Part shown: positions 12,116 to 24,119 of the stretch, in pieces | How the letters are laid out: each line of letters begins with the position of its first letter | Numbering within the stretch: the first letter of the stretch is position 1 | Position numbers and translations under genes: made by a program | The notes under the pieces: generated by a model | The model's database searches: none | What the model was told of the DNA's origin: nothing | Seen by the model: only the letters and a program-made list of their open reading frames with translations | Source: Haliotis rufescens | Lineage: Eukaryota | Direction of reading: 5' to 3' | Length of the DNA: 64,000 nucleotides | Assembly (NCBI RefSeq): GCF_023055435.1 | Contig: NW_025964001.1 | Coordinates: 3,286,001-3,350,000 of the forward strand

Positions 12116-13496
12116 TATGTACCAGTGGTACATGTTTGATCCTGTAGAATATATAACTAGTGTATGTTTGATCATGTAGAATATATATCTAGTGTATGTT
12201 TGATCATGTAGAATATAAAAGTAGTGTATTTTGATCATGTAGAGTATATCACATGTGTATGTTTCATCATGTCGAATATATAACTAGTATATGTTTGATC
12301 CTGTAGAATATATAACTAGTGTATGTTTGAACGTGTATAATATATCACATGTGTATGTTTGATCAGGTAGAATATATAACTAGTGTATGTTTGAACGTTT
12401 ATAATATATCACATGTGTATGTTTCATCATGTCGAATATATAACTAGTGTATGTTTGATCCAGTAGAATATATAACTAGTGTATGTTTTAACCTGTATAA
12501 TATAACACATGTGTATGTTTGATCATGTAGAATAAATACCTAGTGTATGTTTTAACGTGTATAATATAACACATGTGTATGTTTGATCATGTCGAATATA
12601 TAACTAGTATATTTTTGATCCTGTAGAATATATAACTAGTGTATGTTTGAGCGTGTATGATATATCACATGTGTATGTTTGATCATGTAGAATATATAAC
12701 TAGTGTATGTTTGATCATGTAGAATATAAAAGTAGTGTATGTTTGATCATGTAGAGTATATCACATGTGTATGTTTCATCGTGTCGAATATATAACTAGT
12801 GTATGTATGATCAGGTAGAATATATAACTAGTGTATGTTTGAACGTGTATGATATATCATATGTGTATGTTTGATCATGTAGAATATATAACTAGTGTAT
12901 GTTTGATCGTGTAGAATATATCACTTGTGTATGTCTGATCATGTAGAATATATAACTAGTGTATGTTAGATCGTGTAGAATATATCACTTGTGTATGTTT
13001 GATAATGTAGAATATATAACTAGTATATGTTTGATCGTGTATAATATAACACTTGTGTATGTTTGATCGTGTAGAATATATAACTAGTGTATGTTTGATC
13101 GTGTAGAATATATCACTTGCGTATGTCTGATTAAGTAGAATATATAACTAGTGTATGTTTGATCGTGTAGAATATATCACTTGTGTATGTTTGATCGTGT
13201 ATAATATAACACTTGTGTATGTTTGATCGTGTAGAATATATCACTTGTGTATGTTTGATCGTGTATAATATAACATTTGTGTATGTTTGATCGTGTAGAA
13301 TATATCACTTGTGTATGTTTGATCGTGTATAATATAACATTTGTGTATGTTTGATCGTCTAGAATATATCACTTGTGTATGTTTGATCGTGTATAATATA
13401 ACACTTGTGTATGTTTGATCGTGTAGAATATATCACTTGTGTACGTTTGATCGTGTAGAATATATCACTTGTGTATGTCTGATTAAGTAGAATATA
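12116..13496. repeat. 32-bp minisatellite GTGTATGTTTGATC(A/G)TGTAGAATATAT(AACTA/CACTT)
   Basis: Period 32, about 43 units, continuous with the previous array. Confidence 0.95.
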
Positions 13497-13641
13497 TAGG
13501 GGATATTTCATGTGTGGAGTGAGGTGTCTTGTTTCCCTCATCGAGTGACGGAGGTGTAGACACGAGTGTAAATATCCCCTTTTCCCCCGTCACGAGATGA
13601 GCGAAACATGATACTTCACTCGGCACATGGGATATCCTATT
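13497..13641. repeat. Imperfect long inverted repeat (~50-bp arms)
   Basis: Left TAGGGGATATTTCATGTGTGGAGTGAGGTGTCTTGTTTCCCTCATC; reverse complement of right arm TAGGATATCCCATGTGCCGAGTGAAGTATCATGTTTCGCTCATC. Confidence 0.65.
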
Positions 13642-13685
13642 TATTATATACTTTGTGTGTAGTTGTCCACGGGGAAATTATATTA

Positions 13686-13860
13686 CAGTAAACTACGGTT
13701 ATAACGAACTCAAAGGGACTACTATTTTTAGTTCGTTATAACCGTAATTCGTCATAAGCATATATACAGTATAACAACAGCAAGAAGTCGGGACTAAAAA
13801 GTTAGTTCGTTATATCCGTTAGTTCGTTATAAGCGTGTTCGTTATAACCGTAGTTGACTG
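13686..13860. mobile_element. Tc1/mariner (pogo/Tigger-like) MITE, 175 bp
   Basis: 24-bp TIRs CAGT(A/C)AACTACGGTTATAACGAAC, TA on both sides, internal repeats of GTTCGTTATA. Confidence 0.85.
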
Positions 13861-14214
13861 TATTTCATTACAAATGTAAAACTTGAAAAGTAAATTCTCC
13901 CCACCTAACAATAGTTCCATTGAAGTGTTATGTTCACTGCAGATCGATGTTGGTTTGCAATGTTTATCATACTAGTCCAATGATACCTGATACTGTACTC
14001 TTGTTGTTTGAACTAATTAACTCAAGCTTTTGATCACAAAGACTGTTTGTGCGAAAAGAATATTCAGCTTTTGTTGTATGAATAATAATAAGTATTAATT
14101 GATATTAATATTACTAGGGTAATAAGTGTATATTGTCATAGAAAACAGGCTGTATAAGTGTCCAATTCTGGCAATATCCAATTTGGTTTCTTTGGTTTCC
14201 AACACCGACAACAC

Positions 14215-17200
14215 AACCACATGGGACACTTGCTTTGGTAAAGAACAACCTGGGACACTGCCTATCGTAAAGAACCACATGGGTCACTGTTTGCAGTCAA
14301 GAACCAACTGGGGCACTGCCTATAGTGAAGAACCACATGGGACACTGCCTATGGTGAAGAACAACCTGGGACACTGCCTATCGTAAAGAACCACCCGGGA
14401 CACTGTCTATAGTAAAGAACCACCTGGGACACTGCCTATAGTAAAGAGCCACCTGGGACACTGCCTATAGTAAAGAACCACCTGGGACACTGTCTATAGT
14501 AAAGAACCACCTGGGGCACTGCCTATGGTAAAGAACCACCTGGGACACTGCCTATCGTAAAGAATCACCTGGGAAACAGCTTATCGTAAAGAACCACCTG
14601 GGACACTGTCTATAGTAAAGAACCACATGGGACACTGCCTATGGTAAAGAACCAACTGGGACACTGCCTAATTGTAAAGAACCAGCCGGGACACTGTCTA
14701 TAGTAAAGAATCATCTGGGACACTGCCTATCGTAAAGAATCACCTGGGACACTGTCTATAGTAAAGAACCACATGGGACACTGTTTGCAGTAAAGAACCA
14801 TAAGGGGTAATGTCTATAGTAAAGAACCATCTGGGACACTGTCTATAGTAAAGAATCACATGGGGCACTGCCTATGGTGAGAACCACCCGGGACACTGTC
14901 TATAGTAAAGAACCACCTGGGACACTGCCTATCGTAAAGAATTACCTGGGACACTGTTTATAGTAAAGAACCACCTGGGACACTGTCTATAGTAAAGAAC
15001 CACATGGGACACTGCTTGCAGTAAAGAACCACATGGGGCACTCTCTATCGTAAAGTACCACATGGGGCACTGTCTATCGTAAAGAATCACCTGGGACACT
15101 GCCTATAGTAAAGAACCACCTGGGACACTGTCTATGGTAAAGAAACACCTGGGGCACTGCCTATGGTAAAGAACCACCTGGAACACTGCCTATCGTAAAG
15201 AACCACCTGGGACACTGCCTATGGTAAAGAACCAGCCGGGACACTGTCTATGGTAAAGAACCACATGGAACACTGTTTGAAGTAAAGAACCACACGGGGC
15301 ACTGTCTATCGTAAAGTACCACATGGGGCACTGTCTATCGTAAAGAATCACCTGGGACACTGCCTATGATAAAGAACCACATGGGACACTGTCTATAGTA
15401 AAGAAACACCTTGGGCACTTCCTATGGTAAAGAACCACCTGGGACACTGCCTATCGTAAAGAATCACCTGGGACACTGCCTATGATAAAGAACCACATGG
15501 GACACTGTCTATAGTAAAGAAACACCTTGGGCACTTCCTATGGTAAAGAACCACCTGGGGCACTTCCTATGGTAAAGAACCACCTGGGACACTGTCTATC
15601 GTAAAGAATCACCTGGGACACTGCCTATGATAAAGAACCACATGGGACACTGTCTATAGTAAAGAAACACCTTGGGCACTTCCTATGGTAAAGAACCACC
15701 TGGGACACTGCCTATCGTAAAGAATTACCTGGGACACTGTTTATAGTAAAGAACCACCTGGGACACTGTCTATAGTAAAGAACCACATGGGACACTGTTT
15801 GCAGTAAAGAACCACATGGGGCACTCTCTATCGTAAAGTACCACATGGGGCACTGTCTATCGTAAAGAATCACCTGGGACACTGCCTATAGTAAAGAACC
15901 ACCTGGGACACTGTCTATCGTAAAGAATCACATGGGACACTGTCTATAGTAAAGAATCACCTGGGACACTGCCTATAGTAAAGAATCACCTGGGACACTG
16001 CCTATCGTAAAGAACCACCCGGGACACTGTCTATAGTAAAGAACCACCTGGGACACTGCCTATAGTAAAGAGCCACCTGGGACACTGCCTATAGTAAAGA
16101 ACCACCTGGGACACTGTCTATAGTAAAGAACCACCTGGGGCACTGCCTATGGTAAAGAACCACCTGGGACACTGCCTATCGTAAAGAATCACCTGGGAAA
16201 CAGCTTATCGTAAAGAACCACCTGGGACACTGTCTATAGTAAAGAACCACATGGGACACTGCCTATGGTAAAGAACCAACTGGGACACTGCCTAATTGTA
16301 AAGAACCAGCCGGGACACTGTCTATAGTAAAGAATCATCTGGGACACTGCCTATCGTAAAGAATCACCTGGGACACTGTCTATAGTAAAGAACCACATGG
16401 GACACTGTTTGCAGTAAAGAACCATAAGGGGTAATGTCTATAGTAAAGAACCATCTGGGACACTGTCTATAGTAAAGAATCACATGGGGCACTGCCTATG
16501 GTGAGAACCACCCGGGACACTGTCTATAGTAAAGAACCACCTGGGACACTGCCTATCGTAAAGAATTACCTGGGACACTGTTTATAGTAAAGAACCACCT
16601 GGGACACTGTCTATAGTAAAGAACCACATGGGACACTGCTTGCAGTAAAGAACCACATGGGGCACTCTCTATCGTAAAGTACCACATGGGGCACTGTCTA
16701 TCGTAAAGAATCACCTGGGACACTGCCTATAGTAAAGAACCACCTGGGACACTGTCTATGGTAAAGAAACACCTGGGGCACTGCCTATGGTAAAGAACCA
16801 CCTGGAACACTGCCTATCGTAAAGAACCACCTGGGACACTGCCTATGGTAAAGAACCAGCCGGGACACTGTCTATGGTAAAGAACCACATGGAACACTGT
16901 TTGAAGTAAAGAACCACACGGGGCACTGTCTATCGTAAAGTACCACATGGGGCACTGTCTATCGTAAAGAATCACCTGGGACACTGCCTATGATAAAGAA
17001 CCACATGGGACACTGTCTATAGTAAAGAAACACCTTGGGCATTTCCTATGGTAAAGAACCACCTGGGACACTGCCTATCGTAAAGAACCACCTGGGAAAC
17101 AGCTTTTCGTAAAGAACCACCTGGGACACTGTCTATAGTAAAGAATCATCTGGGACACTGCCTATCGTAAAGAATCACCTGGGACACTGTCTATAGTAAA

Positions 17201-20000
17201 GAACCACATGGGACACTGTTTGCAGTAAAGAACCATAAGGGGTAATGTCTATAGTAAAGAACCATCTGGGACACTGTCTATAGTAAAGAATCACATGGGG
17301 CACTGCCTATGGTAAGAACCACCCGGGACACTGTCTATAGTAAAGAACCACCTGGGACACTGCCTATCGTAAAGAATTACCTGGGACACTGTTTATAGTA
17401 AAGAACCACCTGGGACACTGTCTATAGTAAAGAACCACATGGGACACTGTTTGCAGTAAAGAACCACATGGGGCACTCTCTATCGTAAAGTACCACATGG
17501 GGCACTGTCTATCGTAAAGAATCACCTGGGACACTGTCTATGGTAAAGAAACACCTGGGGCACTGCCTATGGTAAAGAACCACCTGGAACACTGCTTATC
17601 GTAAAGAACCACATGGGACACTGCCTATGGTAAAGAACCAGCCGGGACACTGTCTATAGTAAAGAACCACATGGAACACTGTTTGCAGTAAAGAACCACA
17701 CGGGGCACTGTCTATCGTAAAGTACCACATGGGGCACCGTCTATCGTAAAGAATCACCTGGGACACTGCCTATGGTAAAGAACCACCTGGGACACTGTCT
17801 ATAGTAAATAATCACATGGGGCACTGCCTATGGTAAAGAACCACCTGGGACACTGCCTATGGAACAGAAACCACCTTGGACACTGTCTATAGTTAAGAAT
17901 CATCTGGGACACTGTCTATAGTAAAGAACCACCTGGGACACTGTTTGCAGTCAAGAACCACATGGGACACTGTCTATAGTAAAGAACCACATAGGACACT
18001 GCCTATCGTAAAGAATCACCTGGAACACTGTTTGCAGTAAAGAACCACACGGGGCACTGTCTATCGTAAAGTACCACATGGGGCACTGTCTATCGTAAAG
18101 AATCACCTGGGACACTGCCTATGGTAAAGAACCACCTGGGACACTGTCTATAGTAAAGAACCACATGGGACACTGCCTATAGTAAAGAACCACATGGGAC
18201 ACTGCCTATGGTAAAGAACCACCTGGGACACTGCCTATAGTTAAGAATCATCTGGGACACTGTCTATAGTAAAGAATCACATGGGGCACTGCCTATGGTA
18301 AGAACCACCCGGGACACTGTCTATAGTAAAGAACCACCTGGGACACTGCCTATCGTAAAGAATTACCTGGGACACTGTTTATAGTAAAGAACCACCTGGG
18401 ACACTGTCTATAGTAAAGAACCACATGGGACACTGTTTGCAGTAAAGAACCACATGGGGCACTCTCTATCGTAAAGTACCACATGGGGCACTGTCTATCG
18501 TAAAGAATCACCTGGGACACTGCCTATAGTAAAGAACCACCTGGGACACTGTCTATCGTAAAGAATCACATGGGACACTGTCTATAGTAAAGAATCACCT
18601 GGGACACTGCCTATCGTAAAGAATCACCTGGGACACTGTCTATAGTAAAGAACCACATGGGACACTGTTTGCAGTAAAGAACCATAAGGGGTAATGTCTA
18701 TAGTAAAGAACCATCTGGGACACTGTCTATAGTAAAGAATCACATGGGGCACTGCCTATGGTAAGAACCACCCGGGACACTGTCTATAGTAAAGAACCAC
18801 CTGGGACACTGCCTATCGTAAAGAATTACCTGGGACACTGTTTATAGTAAAGAACCACCTGGGACACTGTCTATAGTAAAGAACCACATGGGACACTGTT
18901 TGCAGTAAAGAACCACATGGGGCACTCTCTATCGTAAAGTACCACATGGGGCACTGTCTATCGTAAAGAATCACCTGGGACACTGTCTATGGTAAAGAAA
19001 CACCTGGGGCACTGCCTATGGTAAAGAACCACCTGGAACACTGCTTATCGTAAAGAACCACATGGGACACTGCCTATGGTAAAGAACCAGCCGGGACACT
19101 GTCTATAGTAAAGAACCACATGGAACACTGTTTGCAGTAAAGAACCACACGGGGCACTGTCTATCGTAAAGTACCACATTGGGCACCGTCTATCGTAAAG
19201 AATCACCTGGGACACTGCCTATGGTAAAGAACCACCTGGGACACTGTCTATAGTAAATAATCACATGGGGCACTGCCTATGGTAAAGAACCACCTGGGAC
19301 ACTGCCTATGGAACAGAAACCACCTGGGACACTGTCTATAGTTAAGAATCATCTGGGACACTGTCTATAGTAAAGAACCACCTGGGACACTGTTTGCAGT
19401 CAAGAACCACATGGGACACTGTCTATAGTAAAGAACCACATAGGACACTGCCTATCGTAAAGAATCACCTGGAACACTGTTTGCAGTAAAGAACCACACG
19501 GGGCACTGTCTATCGTAAAGTACCACATGGGGCACTGTCTATCGTAAAGAATCACCTGGGACACTGCCTATGGTAAAGAACCACATGGGACACTGCCTAT
19601 GGTAAAGAACCACATGGGACACTGCCTATGGTAAAGAACCACCTGGGACACTGCCTATAGTTAAGAATCATCTGCGACACTGCCTATGGTAAAGATCCAC
19701 ATGGAACACTGCCTATAGTAAAGAACCACATAGGACACTGTTTGCAGCAAAGAATCACATGGGGCACTGCCTATAGTAAAGAACTACCTGCGACACTGTG
19801 TGCAGCAAAGAATCACATGGGACACTGCCTATAGTAAAGAACCACATGGGACACTGCCTATAGTAAAGAACCACATGGGACACTGTCTGTAGTAAAGAAC
19901 CATATGGGATACTGCCTATAGTGAAGAACCACATGGGGCACTGTCTTTAGTAAAGAACCATGTGGGATACTGCCTATAGTGATGAACCACATAGGACACT
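14215..20000. repeat. 29-bp satellite GGGACACTG(C/T)CTAT(A/C/G)GTAAAGAACCAC(C/A)T, about 200 units, with higher-order structure
   Basis: Period 29. Rare variants recur at fixed large offsets (e.g. GGGAAACAGCTTATCG at 14571 and 16195). Confidence 0.97.
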
Positions 20001-20774
20001 TCCCTCTTTGACATTTCCAAAAGGAAACCCTTCATATTTCTGCCCATAATGCATTTTCGATTTTGTGTTTGAGCCAATCTGATATTCCACAAGGCGTTAT
20101 TAATGTTTGGCTGTCGTGATGTGTGACAAGACTGACACTGTTCCCCCTCTAGACCCGTCTGCCTCAACACACCGTCACTTAGCGACGGCAGCAACGATGG
20201 TACACCAAGACGAGGGCAATGCATGGGGGTAACTCGCTAATTGACTCACAATCCTGCCTACACGGGTACAAAGGAGGTTCACACCGACTGTTGTGGTCGT
20301 TAATCCCCATGGTGAGCAGGGCGACATCACGACTGTCAACGTGGCACTCACTGCCTACGACGGCATCCACGCTGTTCCCAAGACTCGTCAGGTTACAGAC
20401 AATCACTTGACTGATCAGGCCAGTATATCAGACAAGGATCCCGTTACCCCAGGGGCTCCTAACGCTGGAACTACTGTTTTTTCCGTTTGTTTGCGATCCA
20501 TCTAAGTGGTGCAGGTCACAGATTCACCACATACGGAGTTCGAATCCTAAAACTGATGCACTTTGCTCGACCAATCCTTGATGATGATGCATTACTGCTA
20601 GAAGGGATTTAAACTAATATTGCAAGACTTGTAGTCTATAGATCAGCTGAAATTATTTCAAGAGAATGTTATTGCAACTATTGCCAATGATGTAAATAAA
20701 AGCGACAAAACGCTTTCTACATTCATAATACATCTCCTCCAATAAGTCGCTGTTCCATGTAGGTGTAGCGGCCA

Positions 20775-20900
20775 TTAAATTTCCGAGTCCCGTGATGGGA
20801 TTCCAACCACAGACCTTCTGATCAGAGGTCGGACGCCTTGTCCACATGACCAAAGAGGTTAACCCCGTCAGCAAGCTGACAAGGAAAGGACCCTACTACA
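20775..20900 (-). mobile_element. Degenerate tRNA(Arg)-like repeat head
   Basis: Minus strand TGGTCATGTGGACAAGGCGTCCGACCTCTGATCAGAAGGTCTGTGGTTGGAATCCC resembles tRNA-Arg D, anticodon and T arms; no intact acceptor stem seen. Confidence 0.45.
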
Positions 20901-21785
20901 CAGGACTGTGCGCATATACATCGCCATACTTTGTGTAAAGGCTGTTGTCGGTGATTCCGTAATTCAGATCGAAAACCCACTCAAAAACATTGGACTCAAC
21001 CCATATCGTTCCTGACTCAATATATTTTCTGACGACAAATGGTTCGCGTTATATTTAGACAAGGTAGAAAGGAGATAAACCTACTGTGCTTCCCTGGTAG
21101 AGCTCGGTTACCTGTATATTTAACTGAGCTATGGTTCCAAATTCAATTCAGCACAGTTAAATCGCATTGATAACGCTGTACATTTATCTCATAATTCACT
21201 CACTGTTACTGAAAATTATGAAAAATGGATAACAACTTTTATAGATAACAACTTCGTTATTGATTCTCGCGGCTTTTCGGGGTTACTTCTCCTAATATAT
21301 AGAGATAACAAGATAACATGGAAGCCAATACGATTAACGAGGCAGCGTTGACAAGGTAGGGTTGTCAATGAAGGCATTGTGATTGAGCTGAGCGGGATAA
21401 AATACAGCTTACTGGGACGACAACGCGGTTGTATAACAATAGGGTCGGCAGTGATGATTGCCTGTACAGCACAGATGAGTTTGAAGATAATTCCTTTGGA
21501 AACCTATTTCAAAGAGAGTGGAAACATCTGATTTATATATATGTATATATTAAACCTAACGTGTTTAAAATTAATGTGTTTTTAATAGCTCAAGATTATC
21601 AACATTACAAAAAACTAACAAACTCTATTTTGTGTAAAATAATAATAAAGTTCAAACCTGGAAAGAATATTTCAATAAATATCCTACATATTTCCTGAAT
21701 GTGTGTTTTTAAATTGACCCGAATGATCTGAAAAGATGTTATTGTAATATTGTATTTTTATACATACATTTTTGTGTAAATAACG

Positions 21786-21826
21786 TTCAGTTCGGTTCGG
21801 CTCGGCTCGGCTCGGCTCGGCTCGGT
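21786..21826. repeat. (CTCGG)n/(TTCGG)n microsatellite
   Basis: Direct reading. Confidence 0.9.
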
Positions 21827-22534
21827 TAATGACGCTTGTTTCTTTGAATTGTGGTTACCTTTTAACAGTCTGTAAAACGTATGTTTTGAGTAAGACGTTC
21901 ATTAATACAAAGTTATTTAGATTACATAGCCTGCAATCCATTGCAGATTGTACACACACACACACAGGTTCAGTCTCGGTTGAAGTAGCTTCAATTTATA
22001 CAAACTCTGCTCACAGATCTGCGTTACATTACTTCAACTCACAAGTATTCTTAGGAATGTATTTACATGTTTAAAAAAACAAGCATCAATTGCACAAGGC
22101 TGACTTTCGGCCATCAATCAATCTGTTGTCCTTCCTTCCTGCTGAAGATAGTACTCCAGTAGATGCAGTGTGGAATTAACTAGATGCGCCACCGCTCGTT
22201 GCCGCTACTTGCCTCAAGAGGTGTGCTTATCTCCCTGCCTTCGGCCCTGCGTTAATACACCACGTCTCCCCACTGTGCGTAGTCATATCTCACCCTACCA
22301 GATCATCGACAAGAGGTGATCCTAATTTCCAGGGAATGGCACTGTGCCTGCTGTAATTACACGGCACCGCAGCACCTGCCCAGGGGCTGAACAGGGAGTT
22401 GCACCCTCAAGTACAGCTTGTTAGTGGTGGTTCTGTGTATGGTTTGGGATTATATAATAAATGATGCTACATTGGGCTGTTATGTCCGTATATATGGTTA
22501 AAATTTATGTATTGCAGTTTGGGTTATTGGTAGT

Positions 22535-22830
22535 GCTGATCCGCTTCCGTGGCCTGGTGGTGGTCTGTCCGGATTTGGAAGATTGGTGGTTCGTTCCCCG
22601 GCCGATTTCATACCAAAAAGACAACACTTGTTGTTACCCTGCCTGGTTTTCGGCTAGGAGTCAGTATACTGTGTCTGAGTGGGGCAACCATGTTAAACTG
22701 CGGCATGGAAGTTTAGTTGGCTGGACCTATAAAAGATCCAGACTAGTACAGGCAGCCACACACGCACGCACGCACGCACGCATGCACGCACGCACGCACG
22801 CACGCACCGTGCACACACAACACACACACC
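22535..22830 (+). mobile_element. Diverged, internally deleted SINE family B copy with (CACG)n expansion
   Basis: CCGCTTCCGTGGCCTGGTGG...GGTTCGTTCCCCGGCCG...GTCAGTATACTGTGTCTGAGTGGGG...GACTAGTACA. Confidence 0.75.
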
Positions 22831-22854
22831 TTGTATTGATAAACTGTTAGGGGC

Positions 22855-23200
22855 ATTATTGTATACCGACGTCAATTACGACATTGTGTGCTGAAGTCAA
22901 TTACGACATTGTGTATTGACACAATGTATGGTATTGTGTACTGACGTCATTTACGGCATTGTGTACCTTTACCAAGTAAGACATTGTGTACTGACGTCAC
23001 GTACGATATTGCGTACTGTCGTCACGTACGACATTGTGTACTGACGTCATTAACGACATTGTGTACTGAGGTCAATTACGACATTGTGTACTGGCGCCAC
23101 GTATGACATTGTGTACTGACGTCATGCACGACATTGTGTACTGGCGTCACGTATGACATTGTGTACTGACGTCATGCACGACATTGTGCACTGACGTCAA
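22855..23200. repeat. 25-bp minisatellite CGACATTGTGTACTGACGTCAATTA
   Basis: Period 25; many units contain TGACGTCA. Confidence 0.9.
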
Positions 23201-24119
23201 ATTCAGTATTGCGCAGATGCTTTGCTTTATGTGTCCCGACTTTATGTGTATATCGTGGTTTAGCATACGGTACCTGCCTTTTAGACTTGAATAGATTTTA
23301 TTGTTTTTTAAAAATCTATTTATATTGTTAACCACGTGAGCCCATCCCATCAAGACCGACGTGTTTACAGCAAGACTTGACGTGCTTCAGTTGTGTGAAG
23401 TACTCCCTCTTTCTGTGCGCCAACACTCATCGATAACGTAAACATTTTCACACGTGCTGGAACCATACCAGCCTGCGCCATGTTGTTGTAACTGCAACTC
23501 CACCACCTATTCCCAACCCATCACGAACGTACGCCCAACGGGCCCCCGTGTCGAAACAGATGGGGATGGATGTGCTTGGGATGATGAAGCGGAACTAATC
23601 ACCCCACCCTGGCATGGAACATGTTGGCACGATGCGCCGCTCTTGCTGTTGATGCTTCTATGCCGTCCATCGTCTGTACTGGCGGGGAGAGTTAGTGCGC
23701 ATGTGCGAAATATTACCGTTTTAATAGGGACACACTGGTGGGAAACAATAATTTTGACAAACTGTCCCCCGTGAACGTGCTGCAACGCTTAACGGTACGG
23801 TTGTACTGGGGTTTCCCAGGGTGTTTATGTTCCGATGGTTTAGGTCAATGAGGGGTTTAGTGCGGAAAGATGGGGGCGCATAGAAACACGGGGCAACATC
23901 GACGCGGTTGCCGCGCAACTTCACCGTCGGCTACAGTGACCTGAGTTTACGGGACTACCTTTTCAATAATAAAAGAAATCAATACATGTATCTTTGTTTA
24001 GGTCTACCATGCTGAGTCTTTTTTTCTTGAGTGAGTGAGTTGGGCTTTCTGAACAGCATTGGCGTCTTAACTTAATGTGGGAGGTAAGTGAATGTCCACG
24101 ATTAACGTACACAGTCAGG

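Noticed and set aside
20179-20406. Cadherin-like INDHN..PPLY motif on the minus strand
   Set aside because: Lacks the DxND acidic residue and other cadherin motifs; no splice context or neighbouring repeats.
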